64,000 nucleotides of DNA, taken from the NCBI GenBank assembly GCA_964558655.1, contig CAZLEX010000004.1, forward strand, positions 6,796 to 70,795. The letters run 5' to 3'. Below are positions 47,621 through 55,834 of this stretch, one piece after another. Position 1 is the first letter of the stretch, and each line of letters begins with the position of its first letter. A program made the translations under genes and the position numbers. Under the pieces are notes generated by a model that was not told where the DNA came from, made no database searches, and worked only from the letters and a program-made list of their open reading frames with translations. The stretch comes from an uncultured Oscillospiraceae bacterium (GTDB lineage Bacteria > Bacillota > Clostridia > Oscillospirales > SIG627).

Positions 47621-48822
47621 ATTTTTCTCCCCGCTCTGTAACATCTCGCAAAATATGTGAGTGAGGCAAAAAGCAATATATAAAAAACCACACCGAAAAA
47701 TGCCGTATTTACAGCCTGACCTTTTATTGCATTTTCAAGGCATACCCTAACCGTTCCGGACGGAAACAAAGCGGCTGTTTTCTGTAAAATTTTCGGTAAA
47801 GAATATACCGGATACAAACACCCCGAAACATATGACATAAAAAGTGTTGTTACAAACTGTAAAAGGACTCCGGTAACAATTCCGTCACTTATTTCAAACA
47901 AAAAAAGATTAAAGAAAACAGCGAGTGAAATACACAAAAATGCAGTCGGAGCAAGCGAATAAATCTGAGAGAACATGAATTTTTCTTTCAAAAAGATTAT
48001 GCCTATGCCAAAAACCACAAGTAAAGTCGGAATGTAACTCAAAACAAAAGCAAAAAATTCACACAGTATCTGCCCTTTGAATCCTCTTCCGCGTGACGCA
48101 AAAAGTAGATTAAGAGAACTGTCTTTTCTCACAAAAACAACAGCGTAACCGATTCCGGAAACGAATAAAAAAAGTGATGCAACTCCGCAAGCGGTTGTAG
48201 CCACAGTCGATACACCTGCCGATACTCCCGTATATTCCACAGAGTACATTTCAACGCGGCTTATTGCAAGATCTATATATTCAAAATTCACATTATCGGA
48301 ATGTTCCCGCCTTACTGCCGAAAGTCCGTTCTCTGTCAGAATATCTTCGACGGAAAAAATTCCGTTTTGAGAAGAGACCACCGCTTTCTTCAATATTTCG
48401 GTAATTTCGTCTTTAAACATCTCAGTAAGCCCGGAACCACCGGAACCCGTTACATATTTTATCGGTCTGATTGTTCCGTGCATGGCATCTTTCATGAATC
48501 CTTCCGGAATCACGACATATGCACTTATCTCTCCCTTAAGCAAAAGATTTTTCGCAGTCGCTTCTTCAACTTCGATTATTTGGACGGTAAATCTTGATGA
48601 ATCTATAGCAGACAGAGTCTGTAACCCCAATTGAAAATATTTATTGTCAGTATCTCCCGTAACGCCTATTTTCATAGTCGTGTTCAAATCTTCTTCGGTA
48701 ATTTTTTCTTCTGCAGCCCTAAAAGCAACAAAAAAACTCACAAACAAAATCAGCATTAATGCAAAAATGTAAGGAAAAAATTTTAACAATCTCTTACATT
48801 GTGCCGTAAAATAACCAATCAT
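47617..48822 (-). CDS. ABC-2 type transporter permease (first)
   Basis: Same architecture as its neighbour. It starts directly after the ATPase stop. Confidence 0.75.
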   Translation of the reverse strand: MIGYFTAQCKRLLKFFPYIFALMLILFVSFFVAFRAAEEKITEEDLNTTMKIGVTGDTDNKYFQLGLQTLSAIDSSRFTVQIIEVEEATAKNLLLKGEISAYVVIPEGFMKDAMHGTIRPIKYVTGSGGSGLTEMFKDEITEILKKAVVSSQNGIFSVEDILTENGLSAVRREHSDNVNFEYIDLAISRVEMYSVEYTGVSAGVSTVATTACGVASLFLFVSGIGYAVVFVRKDSSLNLLFASRGRGFKGQILCEFFAFVLSYIPTLLVVFGIGIIFLKEKFMFSQIYSLAPTAFLCISLAVFFNLFLFEISDGIVTGVLLQFVTTLFMSYVSGCLYPVYSLPKILQKTAALFPSGTVRVCLENAIKGQAVNTAFFGVVFYILLFASLTYFARCYRAGRKI

Positions 48823-49491
48823 TTATAAACTTCCTATAAGAGCGTCAAGGTCGCCGTTATAAAAATACTTATTAACGGTACCGTCCTTGACAATGTAATA
48901 TTCATCGCAAAGTTCCATTTCCATAACATCGTGGGTGACAATAAAAACGACACCTCCGAGAGATTTATGCCTTTTCAGATAATCCGAAATATTTTTTTTA
49001 CATGAAAGGTCAAGTGCCGCCATGGGTTCATCTAAAAGAAGAATCGGAGGATGAGTTGAAACAGCACAACCGATCGAAAGACGCTTTTTCATTCCTCCGG
49101 ACATTTTATAAACAGGCACTCGCAAGAAATCATTTACGCCCAAAATTGATAAAATTCCGCAATCAAGCTCTTTTTTTAGAGATTTTTCACTGTACCACAT
49201 ACGCAAATTATCAAGTGCCGAAAGTTCTTCAAACAACGGCGTTCCCTGCGGAACATACCCCACAATCTCAGCTCTCACTTTTTCATAATCGAAAAGATTG
49301 TGTCCGTCATAAAGAAATTCACCGCTGTCTGCTTTATTTATTCCGGCAAGCACGGACAAAAGTGTTGATTTCCCGGAACCGTTTGCTCCGAGAATCCCTA
49401 TACACTGCCCGGAAGATGCACTCAAAGAAACATCTTTTAAAATCTGCTTTTTTCCAAAAGATTTTGATACATTTTTTATTTCTATTTGCAT
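48823..49491 (-). CDS. ABC transporter ATP-binding protein
   Basis: Walker A GANGSGKST, signature MSGGMKKR, Walker B LLLDEP. It begins 1 nt after the upstream stop. Confidence 0.9.
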   Translation of the reverse strand: MQIEIKNVSKSFGKKQILKDVSLSASSGQCIGILGANGSGKSTLLSVLAGINKADSGEFLYDGHNLFDYEKVRAEIVGYVPQGTPLFEELSALDNLRMWYSEKSLKKELDCGILSILGVNDFLRVPVYKMSGGMKKRLSIGCAVSTHPPILLLDEPMAALDLSCKKNISDYLKRHKSLGGVVFIVTHDVMEMELCDEYYIVKDGTVNKYFYNGDLDALIGSL

Positions 49492-49492
49492 T

Positions 49493-51073
49493 TTAATTCC
49501 TTAAAAAATCAATAATTTTTGAAAATTGTTCTATCGTGCCGTCGGAAAGTGCAAGCTTTTTCAGATTTTCAACGACAGCTTCATCGTCAAGATTTTTTAT
49601 CCAATCACTAACATCGTTTGTCACACTAACCGGAATCGCAATATCTGCTGTCCCGTTATAGATATTTTCACAGGAAAATGAAGTTGAAAAAAATATCGTA
49701 TTGCCGTTTTTAATATCAAATTTCAGATAAAGTCCCTCATCACCATATTTATAATTTCCTTCAAAAGAAACCATCTTTAAAAAAGAAGTAATGATATTGG
49801 AAAGTCCTTCTAAATTTATCAGCTGTGCAATTTCGCTGCCCGGAATTATACTTATCAGTCCGTTCGAAAAATCCTTGTCGAAATCAGATAATTTTATTCT
49901 GAAAGCTTTTTTACCGAAAATTTTCAACAGACATTCGGCACTATATTTATCCGTAACCTCTCCCGAAATATTTATTTCGAATATTTCACCGTCAAAATCG
50001 CTCGAAAGTGAAAACTTTTGAACGGTTTTTTTACCGTCTTTAACGAAAAAAACGGAAATTTCATATTCGGAAATGTTCAAGTATATACCGCAAAATTCAT
50101 GGTGTTCATCGACAAAAAAAGCAACATAAGGGTTGGATTCTTCAAATTCATTTAATACGGCGTATAAATTCTTTTTCGCCTTTTTCCAAAAACTTTCAAA
50201 TCCTCCCTTTTCTCCGAAATAAACACTATAAACCCTTTCTGCAATACCCTTTATTTCGGTATCGTCAAAAAATTCCTCAACAAGTGAATTAAGCTTATCA
50301 TAATCAAATTCCGTCACCAGTCTCACCGAATTAACCGTCAATTCGTCAACGGTTAAAGGGACCTCTTCTTTTCGCACATTTTTTACACAAAGAAGAATTT
50401 TCTGAACCCATTTCGTTAGATTTTTTTCAAAAGCATTCCTGTCGGGCAGTGCATCTTTCAATTCGTCACGGCAAAAAACAGTTTTAACGAAATATCTGTC
50501 TATATTTCCAAGCGATACCCACAAATCCGTCATTTCGGGAATGGTAAAAAGCACTTCTCCGTTTTCGTCACACAATATATCAACCGTAAGTACGCTTATG
50601 TCGGAAATACAAATTTCAATGTTGGCGAACAACGAAGAATCGGAAATGCCGACACTGTACAAAATACCCGTATTTTCCAATCCTTCAAAGGAAATACTAT
50701 TTGTATTGATAAATTTTGATGCGGTACCTAACAGTGTTGTTGTATTTTCGCTTATTTCCGTGCAAATCTGTCCTTCGTAAATTCCCTCTTTTTCCAAAAA
50801 GCCGAATAATTTTTCATATTTCTCACAAATCCCGTCCGATAAATTTTCCGAATTTTTTTTGCAAACATATGCAAAATAATCTTCATCGGAACCAAAGCGA
50901 CGGACAAAAGAACCGTAAAAATCAAAAAAAATTGTACAAACGACCGCCGCTGTCACAAACAAGACAGCAAAAACAAGTATTTTTCCCCTGCGGTTTAAAT
51001 GCTTTCTCGGCTTTTTATCAAAATTAGGTACGGCAAACGAAAACTCACTTTCGTCAAATTTTATTTTACCCAT
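49493..51073 (-). CDS. membrane-anchored extracytoplasmic protein of unknown function (paralogue of 51194..52777)
   Basis: I prefer the ATG at 51071-51073 (MGKIKFDESEF) with an AGGA RBS, because the track start is a TTG. It has a short cytoplasmic tail, one TM helix (ILVFAVLFVTAAVVCTIFF) and about 470 aa outside. Confidence 0.7.
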   Translation of the reverse strand: MGKIKFDESEFSFAVPNFDKKPRKHLNRRGKILVFAVLFVTAAVVCTIFFDFYGSFVRRFGSDEDYFAYVCKKNSENLSDGICEKYEKLFGFLEKEGIYEGQICTEISENTTTLLGTASKFINTNSISFEGLENTGILYSVGISDSSLFANIEICISDISVLTVDILCDENGEVLFTIPEMTDLWVSLGNIDRYFVKTVFCRDELKDALPDRNAFEKNLTKWVQKILLCVKNVRKEEVPLTVDELTVNSVRLVTEFDYDKLNSLVEEFFDDTEIKGIAERVYSVYFGEKGGFESFWKKAKKNLYAVLNEFEESNPYVAFFVDEHHEFCGIYLNISEYEISVFFVKDGKKTVQKFSLSSDFDGEIFEINISGEVTDKYSAECLLKIFGKKAFRIKLSDFDKDFSNGLISIIPGSEIAQLINLEGLSNIITSFLKMVSFEGNYKYGDEGLYLKFDIKNGNTIFFSTSFSCENIYNGTADIAIPVSVTNDVSDWIKNLDDEAVVENLKKLALSDGTIEQFSKIIDFLRN

Positions 51074-51105
51074 AAAGATTTCCTTCAAAATTTATTACTG
51101 TTAGA

Positions 51106-51134
51106 ATTTTAACATAAAACTGTCTATTTGTAAA
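51106..51134 (-). promoter_or_regulatory. promoter TTTACA-17-TGtTAAAAT for the anchored-protein/ABC-2 operon
   Basis: Minus strand -35 at 51129-51134 and -10 at 51106-51111, immediately downstream of the terminator. Confidence 0.5.
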
Positions 51135-51141
51135 GACCGTA

Positions 51142-51175
51142 AAAAAATGTGGCACACCTTTTTACAGTGTGCCAC
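51142..51175 (-). terminator. intrinsic terminator after the lipoprotein gene
   Basis: Minus strand: GTGGCACAC-tgtaaaaag-GTGTGCCAC followed by ATTTTTTT. Confidence 0.75.
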
Positions 51176-51193
51176 TTAAATAGTGAAAATTTA

Positions 51194-52777
51194 TCACATA
51201 CTCTCGCTTGCCATTGAAAGCAAATTGCTTATCATATCCTTAAGATCTTTTGAAATATCCGTCTTGTTGATATTATTTAAAATCTTGTTGAAAGAAATTC
51301 CCGATGCCCATTCATCTATATTGTCGGCAGAATATACATTGGAAGAGGGTACATCGACTTTCACGGATCCGCTCTTTTGATTTACACTCAAATTAAGTGT
51401 CAAAAGATTTCCTTTACTTTCACTCATAACTCTAAGCTTCATTTCAACGCTGTTCGAAGAAATATTCCACTCATATTGCAAATAAGGAGTTCCGAACAGT
51501 TCAAAAATTTGACTGAGATCTGTTCCTTTGCCAATGTTATTCCAAAGTTCATCTGTTAAAGATAATTTGATTTTACCGCTCGAGCCGTCCAAAGCAACAT
51601 CGGAAAACTCTGCAACAAAGCTTTCAGTTCCGTCAACTGTGACTGTATATTCAATATTTTTCTTTTTGGAAATTTCGCCTTTTCCGACAACCTTTAATAC
51701 TTCATAATCTTCAGACCAAACTGTAACTTCTTCAGCGATTTTACCGTTTGACGAAACAGAAATACACTTAAAGCCATCGCCTTCAAATTCAAAATCGATT
51801 CCGCAAAGTTCATTTGAAGCGTTGATATACATTGTAAAGTCAAAAGGCTCATCAACAATAATACTGTCAATATTATCAAGTGCGTCCTGTGCCGACTTTA
51901 TAACTTCATTCCAATCACTGTCCCAATCGGTGATATCGTTTTCGGGAATTGCCGATACAAAATCGCGAACTATCTTTTCAAGAGTTTCATCGGCGATAAA
52001 CTCTTTGAGTACGGAACTTACAACAGAACGAACGGTTTCTTCGTCGAGTGTAACATCACAACGCCTAATTTCTTCCGAAACGCCGTTTACCGTAACGGTC
52101 ACAGTCTCAACTTTACTGCTTGTCAGAGAATCCATAACAATCTTTATGTATCTTTCAAGAACGGATACCGCAACATCTTCGGACGGAAGTGCATTGATTA
52201 TATCTTCGATATATTCAAAGCTCAGTAACGCCTCTTCGGATATATCAAGAGGATATTCTATCCAACTTGAATTGAGTTCCGGCAGTCTCACATACACTAT
52301 GTTTTTCTGCATATCGACTATACTCTCAGCACTGACAACAGAAACATTTCCTATGAGAACACCCATAGCAAGCTTGTATGCGTTTTTACCTGTTTCTCCG
52401 TCAAAAGAAAGACCTATTTTTTCAAAGCCTTCAAGAGAGACGGAAATACCGCTTGACGCAAGCATCTGTTCTAAATAATCAATAACATCATCACCGATTT
52501 CGAGCGACAGTTCACCGGATGCACCCGTCAAATCGGTTGACTTAACATTTTTTAAGTAAGATGCAACAAGATCACCGGTTCCGTCTTTGATTTCTTCTTT
52601 AAGGTAATCAAAAACTTCTTCATCCGAAACAGGTTCATCGGATTTCCCTTTATCTTGTTTTACTTTATTATCATCATCATTGCTTTCTTCTTTGTTGCAT
52701 GAAAACAAAGAAAAGCAAAGAGTCAATGACATTGCAAAAACAAGTATTAAAGCTAAAATTTTCTTTGAAATATTCAT
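51194..52777 (-). CDS. lipoprotein of unknown function (paralogue of 49493..51073)
   Basis: I prefer the ATG at 52775-52777 (MNISKKILALILVFAMSLTLCFSLFSC) with an AAAGGAG RBS. It has a lipobox LFSC and an acidic linker. I recognise no family. Confidence 0.7.
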   Translation of the reverse strand: MNISKKILALILVFAMSLTLCFSLFSCNKEESNDDDNKVKQDKGKSDEPVSDEEVFDYLKEEIKDGTGDLVASYLKNVKSTDLTGASGELSLEIGDDVIDYLEQMLASSGISVSLEGFEKIGLSFDGETGKNAYKLAMGVLIGNVSVVSAESIVDMQKNIVYVRLPELNSSWIEYPLDISEEALLSFEYIEDIINALPSEDVAVSVLERYIKIVMDSLTSSKVETVTVTVNGVSEEIRRCDVTLDEETVRSVVSSVLKEFIADETLEKIVRDFVSAIPENDITDWDSDWNEVIKSAQDALDNIDSIIVDEPFDFTMYINASNELCGIDFEFEGDGFKCISVSSNGKIAEEVTVWSEDYEVLKVVGKGEISKKKNIEYTVTVDGTESFVAEFSDVALDGSSGKIKLSLTDELWNNIGKGTDLSQIFELFGTPYLQYEWNISSNSVEMKLRVMSESKGNLLTLNLSVNQKSGSVKVDVPSSNVYSADNIDEWASGISFNKILNNINKTDISKDLKDMISNLLSMASESM

Positions 52778-52822
52778 AAAGCACTCCTTTAAAGATATTG
52801 TATGAAAAACACTCACACCAAT

Positions 52823-52851
52823 ATGATATAATAAAAGAGATAAAAAGTCAA
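52823..52851 (-). promoter_or_regulatory. promoter TTGACT-17-TATCAT for the lipoprotein gene
   Basis: Minus strand -35 at 52846-52851 and -10 at 52823-52828. Confidence 0.5.
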
Positions 52852-52927
52852 TACTTTTTTCCTCTTTGAAAGTTGTCAAAAAGATGGGAATTTACCAAAA
52901 AATTCGGCACAAGTACCGTGTCTCGCC

Positions 52928-54103
52928 CTACTGTTTCGGAAACAAAACTCTTACGCTGGTTCCTCCTCCGTCTACACTGTAAAGTTCAATGTGTGCCTGA
53001 TGAAGTTTTGCGGCATGTTTTACTATAGACAAACCGAGTCCCGTACCTCCGACTTCCTTTGAGTGACTTTTGTCAACTCTGTAAAAGCGTTCGAAAACCC
53101 TCTCCCTATATTCCTCCGGGATACCTATACCTGTATCGCAAACAGTTAAAGAAATACTCTCTTCATTCTCTTTTATTTCCACGGATACGGACCCGTTTTC
53201 ACGGTTGTACTTTATTGCGTTATCCACAAGATTAAAGATAATGCCTTCCAACAGTTGAACAATTCCGTTTATATAACAGCTTTTTCCGGACAAAGAGAGC
53301 GTTATTCCGTATCTTTCGGCTTTTGTCTCAAGCAAACTTATTGTTTTTTGAGCAAGGGAAAAGAGATCCACATTTTCTCTTTCGGTATTTCCGCCTCCTT
53401 CATCAAGCCGAGAAAGTTTAATGGTATCATCTATCAAATCGATAAGTCGCTGCGATTCCGACCAAATATTTGATAAGAAACGCTCTTTATCCTCTTCTCT
53501 AACCATATTGTTCTTTAAAAGTTCGGCATATCCGGAGATTACATGAAGCGGTGTTTTAAGTTCATGGGATACATTGGCGGTAAATTCCCGCCGTATGAAA
53601 GCACTTTTTTCTTTTTCGCTTTCACGCAAAATGAGAATTGCAATACTGCATACGGCTCCTTTTTCAAAAAACGGATCGGCTGACAGTTCGTATTCGGAAC
53701 CGTCTATAATAAGCCCTGTTTCAGAATGTTTGCCGTCTTTTGCACGATTTATAAGTCCCCGTATTGCCGGCGAATGAGAATTTGTTATCAGATTTGTTTT
53801 TGACGGCTCTTTTATGTTTAAAAGAGTTTTTGCCGCTGAATTTGAAAAAATTATATTCCCGTTTCCGTCGATGATAATCAAACCTTCGCTCAAAACGCCT
53901 ACGGTATTTTCAAAAAGAGCGAGAGTTTTTCCACTGCCCTCGCTATCGGATAATTTTTTTCTTTTTTCGATTTTTAAAAAAACAAAAGTCAGAAAAACGG
54001 CTGATAACACAAGAGCTGAAACTGCACAAACCTTTAAATCGAGAAGCACAAATAATATTGCCGAAATCAAGAAAAAAAGTGTTGAAACAAACAGTTTTCT
54101 CAT
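52928..54103 (-). CDS. sensor histidine kinase (PhoR-like: 2 TM, cytoplasmic PAS, HisKA, HATPase_c)
   Basis: H-box SHELKTPL, N-box DNAIKY, G-boxes DTGIGI and GGTGLGLSIV. The two TM helices are joined by a loop of about 3 aa. Confidence 0.9.
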   Translation of the reverse strand: MRKLFVSTLFFLISAILFVLLDLKVCAVSALVLSAVFLTFVFLKIEKRKKLSDSEGSGKTLALFENTVGVLSEGLIIIDGNGNIIFSNSAAKTLLNIKEPSKTNLITNSHSPAIRGLINRAKDGKHSETGLIIDGSEYELSADPFFEKGAVCSIAILILRESEKEKSAFIRREFTANVSHELKTPLHVISGYAELLKNNMVREEDKERFLSNIWSESQRLIDLIDDTIKLSRLDEGGGNTERENVDLFSLAQKTISLLETKAERYGITLSLSGKSCYINGIVQLLEGIIFNLVDNAIKYNRENGSVSVEIKENEESISLTVCDTGIGIPEEYRERVFERFYRVDKSHSKEVGGTGLGLSIVKHAAKLHQAHIELYSVDGGGTSVRVLFPKQ

Positions 54104-54774
54104 TGTTTTTCCTCAAGTCTGTATCCGATTCCGCGTACCGTTTCAATGTATTTCCCGCAACCCCCGAGTTTCGTTCTGAGCGTTCCTATATGTACATCAA
54201 CGGTTCGCGTACCTCCCGGAAAATTATCTCCCCAAACGGAAAGCAAAAGCTGTTCCCTCGAAAACACCCTACACGGTTCCGTCATAAACTTTTCGAGCAA
54301 ATCGTATTCTTTGAGAGTTAAGTTTATGCGTTCGTTTTCAACAGCGACCGTATGTTCCGAAACCGACAGGGAAAGTTTTCCGACAACGAGCGTTTTTTCA
54401 CTCAAATCCGGTTTTGAACGGCGTAAAACCGCCTTAACTCTTGAAAGCATTTCCATCATTCCGAAAGGTTTCGTCAGATAATCGTCGGCTCCGGTGTCAA
54501 GGCCTATTACTTTGTCATATTCCGTACTTTTTGCCGAAGCGATAATTACGGGAATTTGCGTCCATGCGGGCTTTGAACGGATTTTTTTCAAAATAGAAAT
54601 TCCGTCCTCACCCGGTAACATCACATCAAGCAAAATAAGATCGGGAATTCGTTTTTCCAATGCTTCAAAAAGACTTTTCCCATCACCGAATCCCTCAGCT
54701 TCAAACGATGAAGCCGCAAGTGTGTATATCATAAGGTCGCGTGCCGCATTATCGTCTTCTACACAGAAAATCAT
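54100..54774 (-). CDS. OmpR/PhoB family response regulator
   Basis: Receiver domain (DLILLDVMLPGEDG, TKPF) plus a winged-helix C-terminus (VDVHIGTLRTKL). It overlaps the kinase gene by 4 nt. Confidence 0.93.
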   Translation of the reverse strand: MIFCVEDDNAARDLMIYTLAASSFEAEGFGDGKSLFEALEKRIPDLILLDVMLPGEDGISILKKIRSKPAWTQIPVIIASAKSTEYDKVIGLDTGADDYLTKPFGMMEMLSRVKAVLRRSKPDLSEKTLVVGKLSLSVSEHTVAVENERINLTLKEYDLLEKFMTEPCRVFSREQLLLSVWGDNFPGGTRTVDVHIGTLRTKLGGCGKYIETVRGIGYRLEEKQ

Positions 54775-54793
54775 GTGAACACTCCTTTACAAT

Positions 54794-55321
54794 TCAAGAT
54801 TTTAAATTGGCGTTTTTAAGCCTTTTAAGCACTTGTGAAAGCGGTATGACAAGAAATCCCGCAACAAAATTCCCGCATGCGTGTATAATATCAAAATACA
54901 ATCCGGCACCTATCCAGGCGATCATCGCTTTAAAACTCAAATGGAACATTATCGCCTGAGCGGGAGCGTAAAGCGTTCCGAACAGTATTCCGTGAGCGGC
55001 ACAGACAAGGGGATAAACCACAGCCCCTGTCTTTAAAGAAATATTTTTCGGAATAAGCATGGCAAATCCCCACAGTATCGTCCATATGTACATATAAGGA
55101 ATCCACCACATACTGAATCCGGAATAAAGTCCCTGCAAAAAAACATAAATATATATCGGAAAAAGTGCTTTTTTTCGATATACCAGCGTATATGTTACCG
55201 TCAGTGCGGCAAGCGGATGAATATTCGGAAGCGGTTCAAAAACGATTTTTGAAATGAGCATAAGGGAGCCGAGCATTGAAAAAACAATGAGTTCCCTAAG
55301 CTTTGAAAACCGTACAGACAT
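54794..55321 (-). CDS. small 6-TM membrane protein, ECF-transporter S-component-like
   Basis: 175 aa with six hydrophobic helices. Its size and topology match ECF S components. The start overlaps the DUF4430 stop by 1 nt. Confidence 0.6.
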   Translation of the reverse strand: MSVRFSKLRELIVFSMLGSLMLISKIVFEPLPNIHPLAALTVTYTLVYRKKALFPIYIYVFLQGLYSGFSMWWIPYMYIWTILWGFAMLIPKNISLKTGAVVYPLVCAAHGILFGTLYAPAQAIMFHLSFKAMIAWIGAGLYFDIIHACGNFVAGFLVIPLSQVLKRLKNANLKS

Positions 55322-55818
55322 TAGCCTTTTGTATAAACAGCCTCGTAAACGGCACCTTCTTCAATAGGTGTCTGCGAAACGCCGACATTAAGCATTTCTC
55401 CGTCTTTGTAGAAACACCACCAAGCACCGTCTGTATTATAATCGGCACTCTCTCCGTCAACCGTAGTGACAAATAAACCGTATTGGCTTTCTTCGCCTTC
55501 TATAAGCTTAAATTCGAGAAGTGCATCTCCGAGATTATCTTCTTTTGTATCAAGAAGAATATCTACTTTACTGCCGTCCGCATGAGTGACTCTTAAAGTA
55601 TATTTTACATAGCCTTCGCCTCTGTCATTGAGGTAATTATATTTCTTTTGAGGCACACTTGCATCATCGTCGTTATTGTTATCGGGATTAAGAGTGTCCT
55701 GCTGTGTGTTTTCGTTATCGGGAGTTTGAGGTGTTTCGGATTTCGTTTTGTTTGTGCAAGCACAAAGAAGCGAAAGCGAAATAAGAATTGCTAATATAAG
55801 TGATGTGATTTTTTTCAT
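55321..55818 (-). CDS. DUF4430 lipoprotein (transcobalamin beta-domain-like)
   Basis: Lipobox SLLCAC and a low-complexity linker. YGLFVTTVDGESADYNTDGAWWCFYKDGEMLNVGVSQTPIEEGAVYEAVY fits the DUF4430 pattern. Confidence 0.7.
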   Translation of the reverse strand: MKKITSLILAILISLSLLCACTNKTKSETPQTPDNENTQQDTLNPDNNNDDDASVPQKKYNYLNDRGEGYVKYTLRVTHADGSKVDILLDTKEDNLGDALLEFKLIEGEESQYGLFVTTVDGESADYNTDGAWWCFYKDGEMLNVGVSQTPIEEGAVYEAVYTKG

Positions 55819-55834
55819 TATTTTTTTCCTTCTT

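Noticed and set aside
55819-55834. I looked for a cobalamin riboswitch in front of the DUF4430 / S-component pair.
   Set aside because: Only 16 nt separate the recG stop from the DUF4430 start. They contain just an RBS, so there is no room for a B12 element.
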